Assembly (NCBI RefSeq): GCF_009914755.1
Contig: NC_060937.1
Strand: one strand, 5' to 3'
DNA from: the human T2T-CHM13v2.0 reference genome, Homo sapiens
DNA: 64,000 nucleotides
Shown here: positions 11,881 through 27,526 of the stretch, in pieces
Layout: the number at the start of each line of letters is the position of its first letter
Numbering within the stretch: the first letter of the stretch is position 1
Notes under the pieces: model-generated
Database searches by the model: none
Told to the model about the DNA's origin: nothing
What the model saw: the letters and a program-made list of their open reading frames with translations, nothing else
Translations under genes and position numbers: made by a program

Positions 11881-14800
11881 CATGATTTTTAATGACTACA
11901 TTGTAATTCCACATGGCTGTGTATGACAATTTGTTAAATAATTACGTGTAAAATTTTCAGCGAGAATACTTAGGGGCTATTTTATAAATGGTGGCTAAGA
12001 AACTTAAATAAACTTTCAAATATTCATTTAAACCTATACTGTAACTGAAATAGCACGAAAAGTAACCTTGTGTGACTTTATAACCTTATTAAACATTTTG
12101 CCCATTTGCCTCTGGAGTCAAGATCTTAATCTCATTCAGAAGACTGAGTGGACAAGGATTTGGTATGCATAGATGGAGGCACTGGCAACCGGAGAGGTCC
12201 CAGGGCTGCATAACACTAAGTAGCTCATAGTGACTCAACATTGGAACTTGGTATAACTTGTCTATGATTAAAGCCATTCCAGTGATACCACAGTGATATA
12301 GTGGTACCACAAAGTAGTTTTAGTTTTGTTTCACTGAAAAATAATGAATGTCAGCATCTTTTCATATGATTAATGAACAGAGTATCTTCTTTTGTGAAAT
12401 ACCTGTTCAAGTGTTTTGCCTGTTTTTCTACTGTGTTGTCTACCTTTTCCTTATTGATATGCGAGATTTCCTGTCTTGTTGAATATAAAATGTATACACA
12501 GCTTTCTTCCTCCTTCTCTGTCCACGTAGTCATGCCCGATTCCTCTTTGCCTTCTGGCATGATTGTTCAAGATGGTGGATAGGAGACAGGGCTGACCTGC
12601 AGCTCTTAACTTGGATGGACAGAACAGCATGTGGAGACTCACACTGTGGACTTCTTGCTCCAGGAACCACCACAGGAGTGTACTAGAAAAACTGAAAGAA
12701 TTCACAGATGCTTTGAAAGAAGCAGCAGGCTGCTGCAAATTCTGTGAGACCGGCAGAAATCTCTGGTGCTCTCTCAAAACTGCCACCTTCTGGCTGGAGG
12801 CCAACCACAATATTACAGCAACTCATGACAGAATAGCCCTGCTTCAAGGTAGGAGAAAACAATAGCTAATTCCACTGCCTGCAACATCCTGGGCAACCAG
12901 TGGTCCTGAGTCTCTCCATGTGACAACACTGCTAGCATAACCAGCATCTGAGAAAGCCAGCACACTAAACATATCTACATCCAAGGACTCTCACAGAGTC
13001 TACTTCACTCCCTTACCATCTCCACCAGAACAGGTGCTGGTATCCACAGCTGGGAGACCTGAAGACAGATTGTATCACAGGACTCTATGCAGACATTTGC
13101 AAGTACCAGCTCAGAGTCTGGTAGCCCCACGGGGTGGTTAGGCCCAGTAGAGCAATAACAATCACTGCAGTGTGGCTTGCTGGAAGCCCCATCCCTAACG
13201 GGGAGTGCATCACATCAAGGGACCACCAACGTGGTACAAAAGAATCTGAACAACAGCCCTTGAGTTCCAGATTTTTCCACTGAAATAGTCTACCCAAATG
13301 AGAAGGAATCAGAAAAGTAATTCTGGTAATATGACAAGGTAATAAAACAAGGTTCTATAACATCCCCAAAAGACCACACTAGCTCCCCAGCAATGGGTCC
13401 AAATCAAGAAGAAGTCTCTGAATTGCGAAATAAATAACTCAGAAGGTTGATTATTAAGCTACTCAGGGAGATACCAGGGAAAGGTGAAAACCAACTTAAA
13501 GAAATTAAAAAAAAATACAAGATATGGATGAAAAATGCTCCAGAAGATATTTACTCCAGAGAAGTAAATATCGTAGAGATAATGTTTATTCTAGAGAATA
13601 AATAAATATTGTATTCCAGAGAAATAAATATCATAAAGAAAAAAAGAATCACAACTTCTGGAAATGAAAAACACACTTAGAGAAATGCAGTATGCACTGG
13701 AATTCCCACAATAGACTAGAACAAATAGAAGAAAGAACTTCAGAGCTCAAAGATAAGGCTTACAAATTAACCCAATCAGACAAAGACAGAGCAAAAAGAA
13801 TAAAAAAAAAGAACAAAGCCTCCACAAAGTTTGGGATTATGTTAAATGGCCAAACCTAACTATAATTGGTGGTCCTGAGGAAGATGAGAAATATAAAAGT
13901 TTGGAAAACATATTTCAGGGAATAATTGAGGAAAACTTCCTCGGCTTCACAAGAGATCTAGGTATCCAAATACAAGAAGCTAAAGGAACACCTGGGAAAT
14001 TCATCACAAAAAGATCATCACCCACACACATAGTTATCAGGTTATCTAAAGGCAAAACAAAGGAAAGAATCTTAAGAGCTATCAGGCAAAAGCATCAGGT
14101 AACCTATAAAGGAAAACCTATCAGATTAACAGCAGATTTCTCAGCAGAACCCCTACAAGCCAGAAGGGATTTGGATCCTATCTTTAGCCTCTACAAACAA
14201 AATAATTGCCAGCCAAGAATTTCATATTGAGCAAAATGAACCTTCATAAATGGAAAGATAAAGTCTTTCTCAGACAAACAAATGCTGAGAGGATTCACCA
14301 TCACCACACCAGCACTACAAGAAATGCTAAAAGGAGTTCTAAATGTTGAAGCAAAACCTTGAAATACACCAAAATAGAACCTTCTCAAAGCGTAAATCTG
14401 ATGACCTACACAACAGTAACACAATGGAAGCAAAAAGGTATTCAGGCAACAAATAGCACGATGAATAAAACAGTACCTCACATCTCAATACCAACATTGA
14501 ATGTAAATGGCCTAAATGCTCCTCTTAAAATACATATAATGGCAGAATGGATACAAGTCCACCAACTAAGTATCTGCTGTCTTCAAGAGACTCACCTAAC
14601 ACATAAGGACTCACATAAACTTAAGGTAAAAGGGTGGAAAAAGATATTCATGCAAATGGAAGCCAAAAGCAAGCAGGAATAGCTATTCTTATATCAGACA
14701 AACTTTAAAGCAACAACAGTTAAAAAAGACAAAGAAGGACATTATATAATAATAAAAGAATCCAGCAGGAAAATGTCACAGTCCTAAATATATATGGACC

Positions 14801-15097
14801 TAACATTGGAGTTCCAAATTTATAAAACAATTACTACTAGACTTAAGAAATGAGATAGATGGCAACACAATAATAGTGGGGGATTCTAATACTCCATTGA
14901 CAGCACAGGTCATCAAGACAGAAAGTCAACAAAGAATGGACTTAAACTATACCATAGAACAAATGGACTTAACAGATATTTACAGAATATTCCACCCAAC
15001 AACTGCAGAATATACATTCTTGTCAGCACATGGAACATTCTCTAAGATAGACCATATGATAGGTCATGAAACAGGTCTCAATAAATGCAACAAAATT

Positions 15098-15702
<605 letters not shown>

Positions 15703-16725
15703 TCAGGTACCTTCTCAGACCACAGTGGAATAAAATTGGAAATCAACTCCAAAAGGAACCATCAAAACTGTACAAATACATGGAAATTAAATAATCTGCT
15801 TCTGAATGATCTTTGGCTTAACAATGAAATCAAGGTGGAAATTAAAAAATTCTTGCAACTGAACAGTAATAGTGACACAACTTACCAAACTTCTGGAATA
15901 TAGCAAATGTGGTGCTGAGAAGAAAGGTCATAGCATTAAATGCCTGCATCAAAAAGTCTGAAAGAGCACAAAATCTAAGGTTACACCTCAAGGAACTAAA
16001 GAAACGAAGAACAAACCAAACCCAAACCCAAACACAGCAGAAGAAAATAAATAACAAAGATTAGAGCAGAACTAAACAAAATTGAAACAGATAAACAAAA
16101 ACAAAAGATAAATGCAAGAAAAAGCTGTTTATTTGAAAAGATAAACAACATTGAAAGACCATTAGTAAGATTAACCAAGAAGAGAGATGTAAATAAGCTC
16201 AATTAGAAATGAAATGGGAAATACTACAACTGATACCACAGAAATATAAAAGATTATTCAAGTTTACTATGAGCACAAACTAGAAAATCTAGAGATGGAT
16301 AAATTCCTGGAAATATACTACCCTACTAGATTAAATTGGAAGAAATAGAAACTCTGAACAGACCAGTAACAAGTAGCAAGATTGAAACAGTAATGAAAAA
16401 ACTGCCAACAAAAAAAATTCCAGGACTGGATGGATTCACAGCTAGATTCTATCAGGCATTCAGAGAAGAATTGGTATCAGTCTTACTAAAACTATTCCAC
16501 AAGATAGAGAAGGAGGGTACCCTCCCCAAATAAGTCTTTGAAGCCAGTATCACCCTAATACCAAAATCAGGAAAGGTTATAATAACAACAACAAAAACAA
16601 AAAGAAGGAAAGAAGGAAGGAGGCAGCAAGTGGGGGAGGGAGATTGGGGAGGGAGGAAGGAAAAGAAAACCACATACCAATATCCCTGATGAACATAAAT
16701 GCAAAAATCCTCAAAAAAAAAAAAA

Positions 16726-17002
16726 GTCTGGGTACAGTGGCTCATGCCTGTAATCCCAGCAATTTGAAAGGCTGATGTGGGTGGATCACCTGAGATCAGG
16801 AGTTTGAGACCAACCTGGCCAACATGTTGAAACCCTGTCTCTACTAAAAATACAAAAGTTAGCCGGGCGTGGTGGCACACGCCTGTAATTCCAGCTACTC
16901 AGGAGGCTGAGGCAGGAGAATCGCTTGAACCCGAGAGGTCGAGTGAGCTGAGATCATGCCACTGCACCCCAGTCTGGGCAACAAGAGCGAAACTCCGTCT
17001 CA

Positions 17003-17034
<32 letters not shown>

Positions 17035-17035
17035 C
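16726..17035 (+). mobile_element. Alu SINE with (CAAAA)n tail
   Basis: Dimer with a small right-arm deletion. Confidence 0.94.
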
Positions 17036-19068
17036 TAGCTAACCAAATTCAATAGCTTATCAAAAAGATAATACACCATAATCAAGTGGGTTTCATAACA
17101 GGGATGTAGTGATGAATTAACACATGGAAGTCAATAAATGTGATCCATCACATAAACAGAATTAAAAACAAAAATCAATGATCGTATCAATAGTTGCAGA
17201 AAAAGCATTTAACAATATGATTAAAACCCTTAGCAAAATCAGTATAGAAGGGAGATACCTCGAAGTAATAAAAGCCGTCTGTGACAAACCCACAGCCAAC
17301 ATTATACTGAATGAGGAAAAGTTGAAAACATTTCCCCTGAGAACTGGAACAAGACAAGGATGCTCACTTTCACCACTTCCATTCGACATTGTACTAGAAG
17401 TCCCAGCCAGAGCAGTCAGACAAGAGAAGGAAATAAAGCGGATCCACATTGGTAAAGACAAAGTCAAACTGTCACTGTTCACCAATGATATGATCATATA
17501 CCTAGAAAACCCTAAAGACCCAGAAAGCTCCTTGATCTCATGAATGAATTTAGTAAAGTTTCAGGATACAAAATCAGCGTACACAAATCAGAAGCATTGC
17601 TAAACACCAACAATAACAAAGCCGAGAATCAAATCAAGGACTAAAACCCCTTTACAACAGCTGCAATAAATAAATAAACAAACAAACAAATAAATAAAAT
17701 ACTTAGGAATATACCTAATCAAGGAGGTGAAACATCTCTGCAAGGAAAACTGCAAAACATTGCTGAAAGAAATCATAGATGACTCAAACAAATGGAAACA
17801 CATGCCAAGCTCTTGGATGGGTAGAATCAATATTGTGAAAATGACCATACTGCCTAAAGCAATCTACAGATTCAATGCAATTCCCATCAAAATACCATCG
17901 TCATTCCTCACAGAACTAGAAAAAACAATCCTGAAGTTCATATGGAACCAAGAAAGAGCCCACATAGCCAAAGCAAGACTAAGCAAAAAGAACAAATCTG
18001 GAGGCATCACATTATCTGACTTCAAGCTATATACTACAAGGCTATAGTTACCAAAACAGTATGGTACTGGTATAAAAATAGGCATGTAGACCAATGGAAC
18101 AGATGAGAGAACCCAGAAATAAAGCCAAATACTTACAGCCAACTGATCTTTGACAAAGCAAACAAAAACATTAAATGGGGAAAGGACATCCCATTCAATA
18201 AATGGTGCTGGGATAATTGGCAAGCCACATGTAGAAGAATGAAACTGGATCCTCATCTCTCACCTTATACAAAAATCAACTCAAGATGGAGTGAAGACTT
18301 AAATCTAAGATCTGAAATTATAAAAATTCTAGAAGATAACATCGGAAAAACCCTTCTGGGCATTGGCTCAGATAAGGACTTCATGACCAAGAATCCAAAA
18401 ACAAATGCAGCAAAAACGAAGATAAGTAGATTATTAAACGAAAAAGCTTCTGCACAGTAAAAGAAATAATCAGCAGAGTAAACAGACAACCCACAGAGTG
18501 GGAAAAACAATATTCTCAACTGTGCATCTGACAAAGGACTAATACCCAGAATCTACAAGGAACTCAAATCAGCAAGATAAAAAACAATCCCATCAAAAAG
18601 TGGGCAAGGGACATGAATAGACAGTTCTCAAAAGAAAATATACAAATGGCCAACAGACATATGAAAAAATGCTCAATATCACTAATTATCAGGGAAATGC
18701 AAATCAAAACCATAAGGAGATACCACCTTACTCCTGGAAGAATGGCCGTAATTTAAAAAATCAAGAAACAACAGATGTTGGTGTAGATGTGGTAAAAAGG
18801 GAACACTTTTACACTGCTGGTGGGAAAGTAAACCACTATGGAAAACAGTATGGAGATTCCTTAAAGAACTAAAATAGAACTACCATTTGATCCAGCAATC
18901 CCAGTACTGGGTATCTACTCAGAGGAAAAGAAGTCATTATTTGAAAAAGACACTTGCACACACATTTATAGCAGCACACTTCACAGTTGCAAAAAAATGG
19001 AGCCCACTTAAATGCCCATCAACAAACAAGTGGATAAAGAAAATGTAGTGTCTATATGTATATATACA

Positions 19069-19123
19069 GCTCTGTCGCCCAGGCTGGAGTGCAGTGGTGC
19101 GATCTCGGCTCACTGCAACCTCC
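19069..19123 (-). mobile_element. 55-bp internal Alu fragment with no tail or TSD
   Basis: gctctgtcgcccaggctggagtgcagtggtgcgatctcggctcactgcaacctcc. Confidence 0.9.
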
Positions 19124-19609
19124 AACACACATACACACCATGGAATACTGTTCACCCATAAAAAGGAATGAAATAATGGCATTCGCAGCAACCTGGATGG
19201 AGTTGGAGACCATTTTTCTAAGTTCAGTAACTCAGGAATGGAAAACCAAACATCATATGTTTTCACTTATAAGCGGGAGCTAAGCTATGAGGATGCAAAG
19301 GCATAAGAGTGATATAATGGATTTTTGGGGACTTGGAGGAGAAAGGTGGGGAGGGGCTAGGGATAAAAGACTACATATTGGGTACAGTGTACACTGCTCA
19401 GGTGATGGGTGCATCAAAATCTCAGAAATCGCCATTAAAGAACTTTTCCATGCAACCACACACCGCCTGTTCCCTCAAAGCTATTGAAGTAAAAATATAA
19501 ATAAATAGATCAAATAATTCTAAAAAAAAGTAAATGATTGAAAGAAGTCAAAAGTAATAATACCATATGACATGTAAAATAATAGGAAATCCCAATTTTA
19601 AGACTATAA

Positions 19610-20030
<421 letters not shown>

Positions 20031-20529
20031 TAGTGCAACTTAATTTATCACTTTATGAGCAGTGAGCTTTTTGTACTATTTAGGAAATTGTTACCTACTG
20101 TAAGGTTACAGTTTTTTACATTTAGAGTTTTTTACATTTAGAGTTACTGTACATTTGGTATTGATTTTTGCATGTTGGTTTTAGGGGTCAAGATTTATTT
20201 TACATTTTGTCTTAATTACTATAGCCTTGTAATAATTCTAATTCATAATAAATATAATAGGTAATATAAATCTTCCAATTTGTTATTTAAAATCACCCTA
20301 GTCATTTATTTCTTATTTTTTTTTTTAGAATTTGCTTATAAATTTCTACCCCACCCCACCCCCCACAAACACACACATAAACACACTACTAGGATTTTGC
20401 TTGGGGTTGCTTTGAATCTGTTGATAATTTGGGGAGAATTAACATCTTTCCAATACTGAAACCTACCAACCCATGAACATGGTATAACCCCCATTTATTT
20501 AGGACTTTCATTTCTCCAAGCTTCTGTAA

Positions 20530-21120
<591 letters not shown>

Positions 21121-21235
21121 AGCTTCAGTAGTTTTTAAGTGTAGAGTTCTTACACATCTTTTATTACATTTATACGTAGGTATTTGATGTTTGTTTTGAT
21201 ATCCTACTGTAAATTTATATTGTTTGTTACTTTAA

Positions 21236-21617
<382 letters not shown>

Positions 21618-22059
21618 GAAATTTGCTTCTTAATTATTTTTTAAGGATTCATCTAATTCTTCTTGGTTTTATTTCTGACCTAAGATCTTTCTACTGTGAT
21701 TCAATGCACCAAACATTTTTTGTAAAACTGATTAGATTTTCTTGAGTACTCTTTTGCATTTAGATCAGAAGTCACAAATATTTGATGTAAAAATAACATT
21801 ATAAATTTTGACTTTATCATGTATAGGTAGTAGTCCAAATGTTGTATTAAATGTGATTTCTTACAGCAAAATTAAACTAGATCCAGGAAGTTGCTAATTC
21901 TTAGCATGAGCATTCTTCTAGAAATAACTATAGAGTATATTTATTTCTAGAAGAAATATAGAGTATAACTGTATTAAAAAGTGTTGAAGTTGTTTTAAAA
22001 GCTATAATTCTGATTTGCGAAAATCATGCTAATTCACTTTTCAGAAATACACTTAATTT

Positions 22060-22320
22060 TCTTTCATTTATTATTAATTTATCAAGCATTTATAAAGTGC
22101 CTGTCATGCCAGGAATTTAAGTACTCAAAGGTTTTAGTTTTCAACAAGTGAAAGAGTGGGGATTGGAAAACAGATATGTAGTTGTAATAGAGTGAAACTC
22201 ACCTGATTATAGTATGCTTTGTATGTTATAGGAGCTAAGAAAACGGTCATCACACCCAGACTGGAGGAAGACCTTATGATATATATTAAAAGAGCAATTG
22301 GAGTGTGGTTGCTGAATACT
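22060..22320. mobile_element. L2 fragment
   Basis: tcatttattattaatttatcaagcatttataaagtgcctgtcatgccagg resembles an L2 3' end. Confidence 0.5.
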
Positions 22321-22602
22321 TCACACACACACCCCTTTCAAACCCCACACCCCTTTTCTCCTGGGTTCCTATGAATAGATTTCTTGAAGGTTACTTTAAA
22401 TCTCTTTTTGCTTTCTTTTCACTGATTAGTTGACGTTGAAGTGAGTTGAGATACTTCATCATTATATTGGTATTTGGGTTTCTAAAGAAAAAACATTTTT
22501 TAAAGAAGACATTTGTTTAGTGTCATGATCAGGCAATCAAAATTTAGCAATCAAAAGCATGGTTTGCAAAAAACAAACAAACAAACAAAAAAACAAATTC
22601 TG

Positions 22603-23132
<530 letters not shown>

Positions 23133-24024
23133 ATAGATGTATGTATATACATATAGAAAGAGTTGTTAACGCTGGTCTTTTGGTAGAATTCTGAAATTGG
23201 GAGCCATATGAATGAGAATTTGAATAGGAACAATAAAATGCCAACTGTTCAGAATTTTTAAAAATCAATATATGTTCAGATTTTTAAAAGTAGAATTGCA
23301 CTGTAAAGTTTACAACAAAAAACAGCAACTCTGGGCCCAATTCTCCCTACCTCATGATTTTTGATTACAAGAAGCAAGGACTTTCAGATCTTGGATATTT
23401 TTTCTCTCTAATTTCAGCGTAATGGTATTATTTCTCCTATTTTTAAATTTAGAGTAATCTGTTGCAATTTGCTATCATGGTACATGAATGATTTGGTTCT
23501 GTTACATAGTTTTCCCCATCCTCACGTATATGCAAACTTTCTTTCCCCATCTTCATAGGAACTCTTAGAACTTCCATATACCTTCATCCTGGATATTCCC
23601 ATTACCTCTCTCTTGTGTTGGAGTTTGATTCCTAGGTCTCCATCATCTTTCTGGGTTTACTCCCTTATTTTGCTGGCATACTTCCCTGAGTAGCTTTTTG
23701 AAAGGGAGTGAATGGAAGGCACATTTTTCGAGTCTTTGCATGTTTAAAAAAATGTCTATTCAATTTTATATTAATTCTTAACTTTATATTTCACACATCA
23801 GATTCATACATTATGTTCATAGAATGTATATAAACAAAGCAAAGAAAATTGGGGTATTTCAAAAGTTTTAGAGAAAGATAGTTATTTCATGTATTTAAAT
23901 TTAAAAAGTCAACTTGGGAAATAAAGTGTGTGTATGTGTATATCAGTGGCTTAAACAATGAAGACATTTTTTCCAGTCATCCAGGGGTGCAGGTGCCTTT
24001 TACCTTATTCTTACACCGTTTTCT

Positions 24025-24135
24025 ACTCTCAGGCCTCACTACTCAGAGTGCGATTCCCAGAAAGAGCAGCAGCATCACTTGGGAGCTTATTAGAAATGCA
24101 GAATCTCAGGACCAGCCCAGACCTACTGGATCCAA
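24025..24135. mobile_element. MER5A-like hAT fragment
   Basis: gcagcatcacttgggagcttattagaaatgcagaatctcagg...cccagacctactg. Confidence 0.8.
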
Positions 24136-24474
24136 GTGATTGATTTGTTTGTTAAGAACTGCCTTAGGGTTTATCTTTATTTTTGTGCTGTAAGATGGCT
24201 TACCATCACCCAGTATTCTTATTCCAACTAATAAGAAGGGAGAGAGAGTGGAGGGTCTGCAGATTTGTTTTAAGGGCATGAACTAAAATCTGCTCACATC
24301 ACTTTTTCTCATATCTGATTGGTCAAGTTTGCCATATAGCTAAGCCCATTAAAAGTCACACAGGAAGCAGGAAAATGTGATATTTAGTTAGGTTGTTATG
24401 TGCTCAGCTCTAGCTAGGAGGGATTTGTTACTAAAAGGAGGAAGAGAAGAATGGATATTGGGGCAAACTAGCAG

Positions 24475-25045
24475 TGATACTTTGGCTGGATATGGAATTC
24501 TAGGTTGGAAATCCTTTTTAAAATCCCAGAATTTTGAATATATTGTTATATTCTCTTATAACTTCAGTGTTGTTGAAAACTCCAGTGTGATTCAGATTTC
24601 TGATCCCTGTGTATAACTTGTTTGTCTTCTAGAAAGCTTAAGAACTCTTATGTTTCTTCACTTTAAATTTCCATTTTTCTGAACTTTTATGATTATGTGC
24701 ATTTGTGGATTTTATTTTATTTATTATTCTCAGTCCTGAGATGTAGGACTGGGTGCTTTCAGTTAGAAAGTATTTGTCCTGTGTGGTTCCATGGTGTAAT
24801 GGCAAGCACTCTGGACCCTGAATCAAGAAAGTACTTGTCCTTCAATTTTGGGAAATGCTATTATTTGATAATTTCTCTTTTTGTATTTTCTTTGTTTCTC
24901 TAGATTCTTAGTTTTCAATTTTGTCTTTCAAACCTTGTATTTAATTTTTATTTCTGCTTTCATATGTATATATAATTTGTCATCTGAATGTTCTTTTTCA
25001 TAACCTTACTTATATTTCATGGATGCAGTAGCTTACCTCTTTGTG
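24475..25045 (-). mobile_element. Ancient L1M fragment (host of the tRNA retrocopy)
   Basis: tttggctggatatggaattctaggttggaaatc, typical of an antisense L1M ORF1 region. Confidence 0.6.
24785..24827 (+). pseudogene. 5'-half tRNA-Gln(CTG) retropseudogene (tailless type)
   Basis: ggttccatggtgtaatggcaagcactctggaccctgaatc matches the 5' part of human tRNA-Gln-CTG (GGTTCCATGGTGTAATGGT[T/A]AGCACTCTGGACTCTGAATCCAG) with few mismatches; 3' half absent; flanked by 16-bp direct repeats agaaagta(t/c)ttgtcct at 24765-24780 and 24826-24841. Confidence 0.9.
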
Positions 25046-25083
25046 ATAATAGTTTTAATTGACAAATAAAAATTGTGTATATT

Positions 25084-25402
<319 letters not shown>

Positions 25403-25891
25403 TCAACATGGTTTTGAAATATGTGGAACAAATTTTTGTGATATACAGTTTTAATTGATAAATATTATATATATTTATGGTATCAACATGTTTTGAAATA
25501 TGTATACATTATGGACTAGCTATGTTGAGCTAATTAACCATAAGCATTAACTCACACATATCTACTCTGCAATTTTCAAGTATACGTTTACTGTAGTCCA
25601 TTTGTTCTATAATATATATTTTGACCTTATTTTTCCTGCTTAATTGAAATTTGGTATACTTTTGCAAACCTCTCCCCAATCACTCCCCTCCTCCTCCAGC
25701 CCCTGGTAACCACCATTCTACTCTCTACTTTTATAAGTTCCACATTTTTAAATTCTACATATAAGTGAGATCATGTGGTATTTATCTTTCTGGCTTATTT
25801 CACATAACAACATAATGCCCTCTGGTTTCATCCATGTTGTTGCAAATGACCAGATTTCCTTGTTTTTAAAGGCTAAATAATATTCTGCACC

Positions 25892-26052
25892 TTTTTTTTT
25901 TTCTTCAGAGGTGGGATCTTGCTTGGTTGTCCAGGCTGGAATACAGTGGCAGGATCATAGCTCACTGCAGCCTCAGACTCCTGCGCTCAAGCAGTCTCCC
26001 GCCTCAGCCTCCTCAGTAGTTGGGATTATAGGCATGAGCCACCATGCCCTGC
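25892..26052 (-). mobile_element. Alu monomer (FRAM/FLAM-like)
   Basis: Single antisense monomer. Confidence 0.85.
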
Positions 26053-26375
26053 TCTACACACTATATTTTCTTTATCTGTTCATCTGTCGATGATTCTTAT
26101 GTGATTCTGTATCTTGGCTATTGTGAATAATGCTGCAGTGAACATGGGAGTGCAGGTATCTCTTCAACATACTGAATTCATATCCTATATAGCCAGTAGT
26201 AGGATGGTTGGATCATATGGTAGTTCTGTTTTCAATTTTTTGAGAAACCTCCATACTGTTTTTTAAATGGCTGTGCTAATTTCTATTCTCAGCAGTGTGC
26301 AAGGATTCCCTTTGCTCCACATCCTCACGAACACTTGTCTTTTTGGTATTAGCCATTCTAACAGATAGGAAGTGA

Positions 26376-26803
<428 letters not shown>

Positions 26804-27066
26804 CATGATAGTGTTTTAATGTTCTTCTTTGTGCATTGTCTCTGTTTCTTCCAAGCTATTTTGGTCTTTTCTTATTAAAGATTTTTCTTAAATATGGTGA
26901 CTCTAGGAAATGTATTAATACTTAAGAGTAAAGTACCAAAACATTGACTGTATGATCTGTCTGTATTGGCAGATCTTTGCTTATAGGGAGATCAGGTAGG
27001 GAACAGGCTCTTTTTTTGGGATCCCTTAGACTTTGGTATGTGTAGATTTTTTCTCTTGGGCTTCCC

Positions 27067-27526
27067 TGTTGACCAAAATACCTTATTAATAAAGGAAAGC
27101 CTGGTTTATTTCCTATTATAATAAGGGAGTCTCCTGCCTTTACAGAATCTTAGTAGTGTCTCAGAGGGGAAGGCAAAAGAGTGATATTTATGAGGCTTTT
27201 GGGTTTGGTTTAATGCAGATCTTTTCACTGCAAAGGCCTGATTGGAATATGGCTGGGTAATGACAATCAGCAAGGGTTTTAAATGAGTCTTGCAGAGTAA
27301 AGAGTCTTTGAAGAACTTTGTTGAATGAGTTATTGTCCTGGGCAGGGGTAATGAGTAGTCTGTTTTTCAGATAAATATATTTGGGAGACGTTCCTGAATC
27401 CAACTAGACTATTTAAAACTTCATCTTTCTGGGCAGGAGTTCCTGGAATAGTAAAGTCATTTTAAGTTGAAGAGTAAAACCATGTAAATATAGATAGTAT
27501 GTGATTGTTAATGGTTTTGGTTCTCA
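27067..27526 (-). mobile_element. 3' LTR of an ancient ERV1-class provirus (possibly MER110/MER89-like)
   Basis: Minus strand reads TGAGAACC...GGTCAACA (TG...CA termini), directly preceded by the polypurine tract GGGGAAAGGAGGC (27527-27539). Confidence 0.75.

Noticed and set aside
24785-24827. Functional tRNA gene
   Set aside because: T-arm, B-box and 3' acceptor strand are missing
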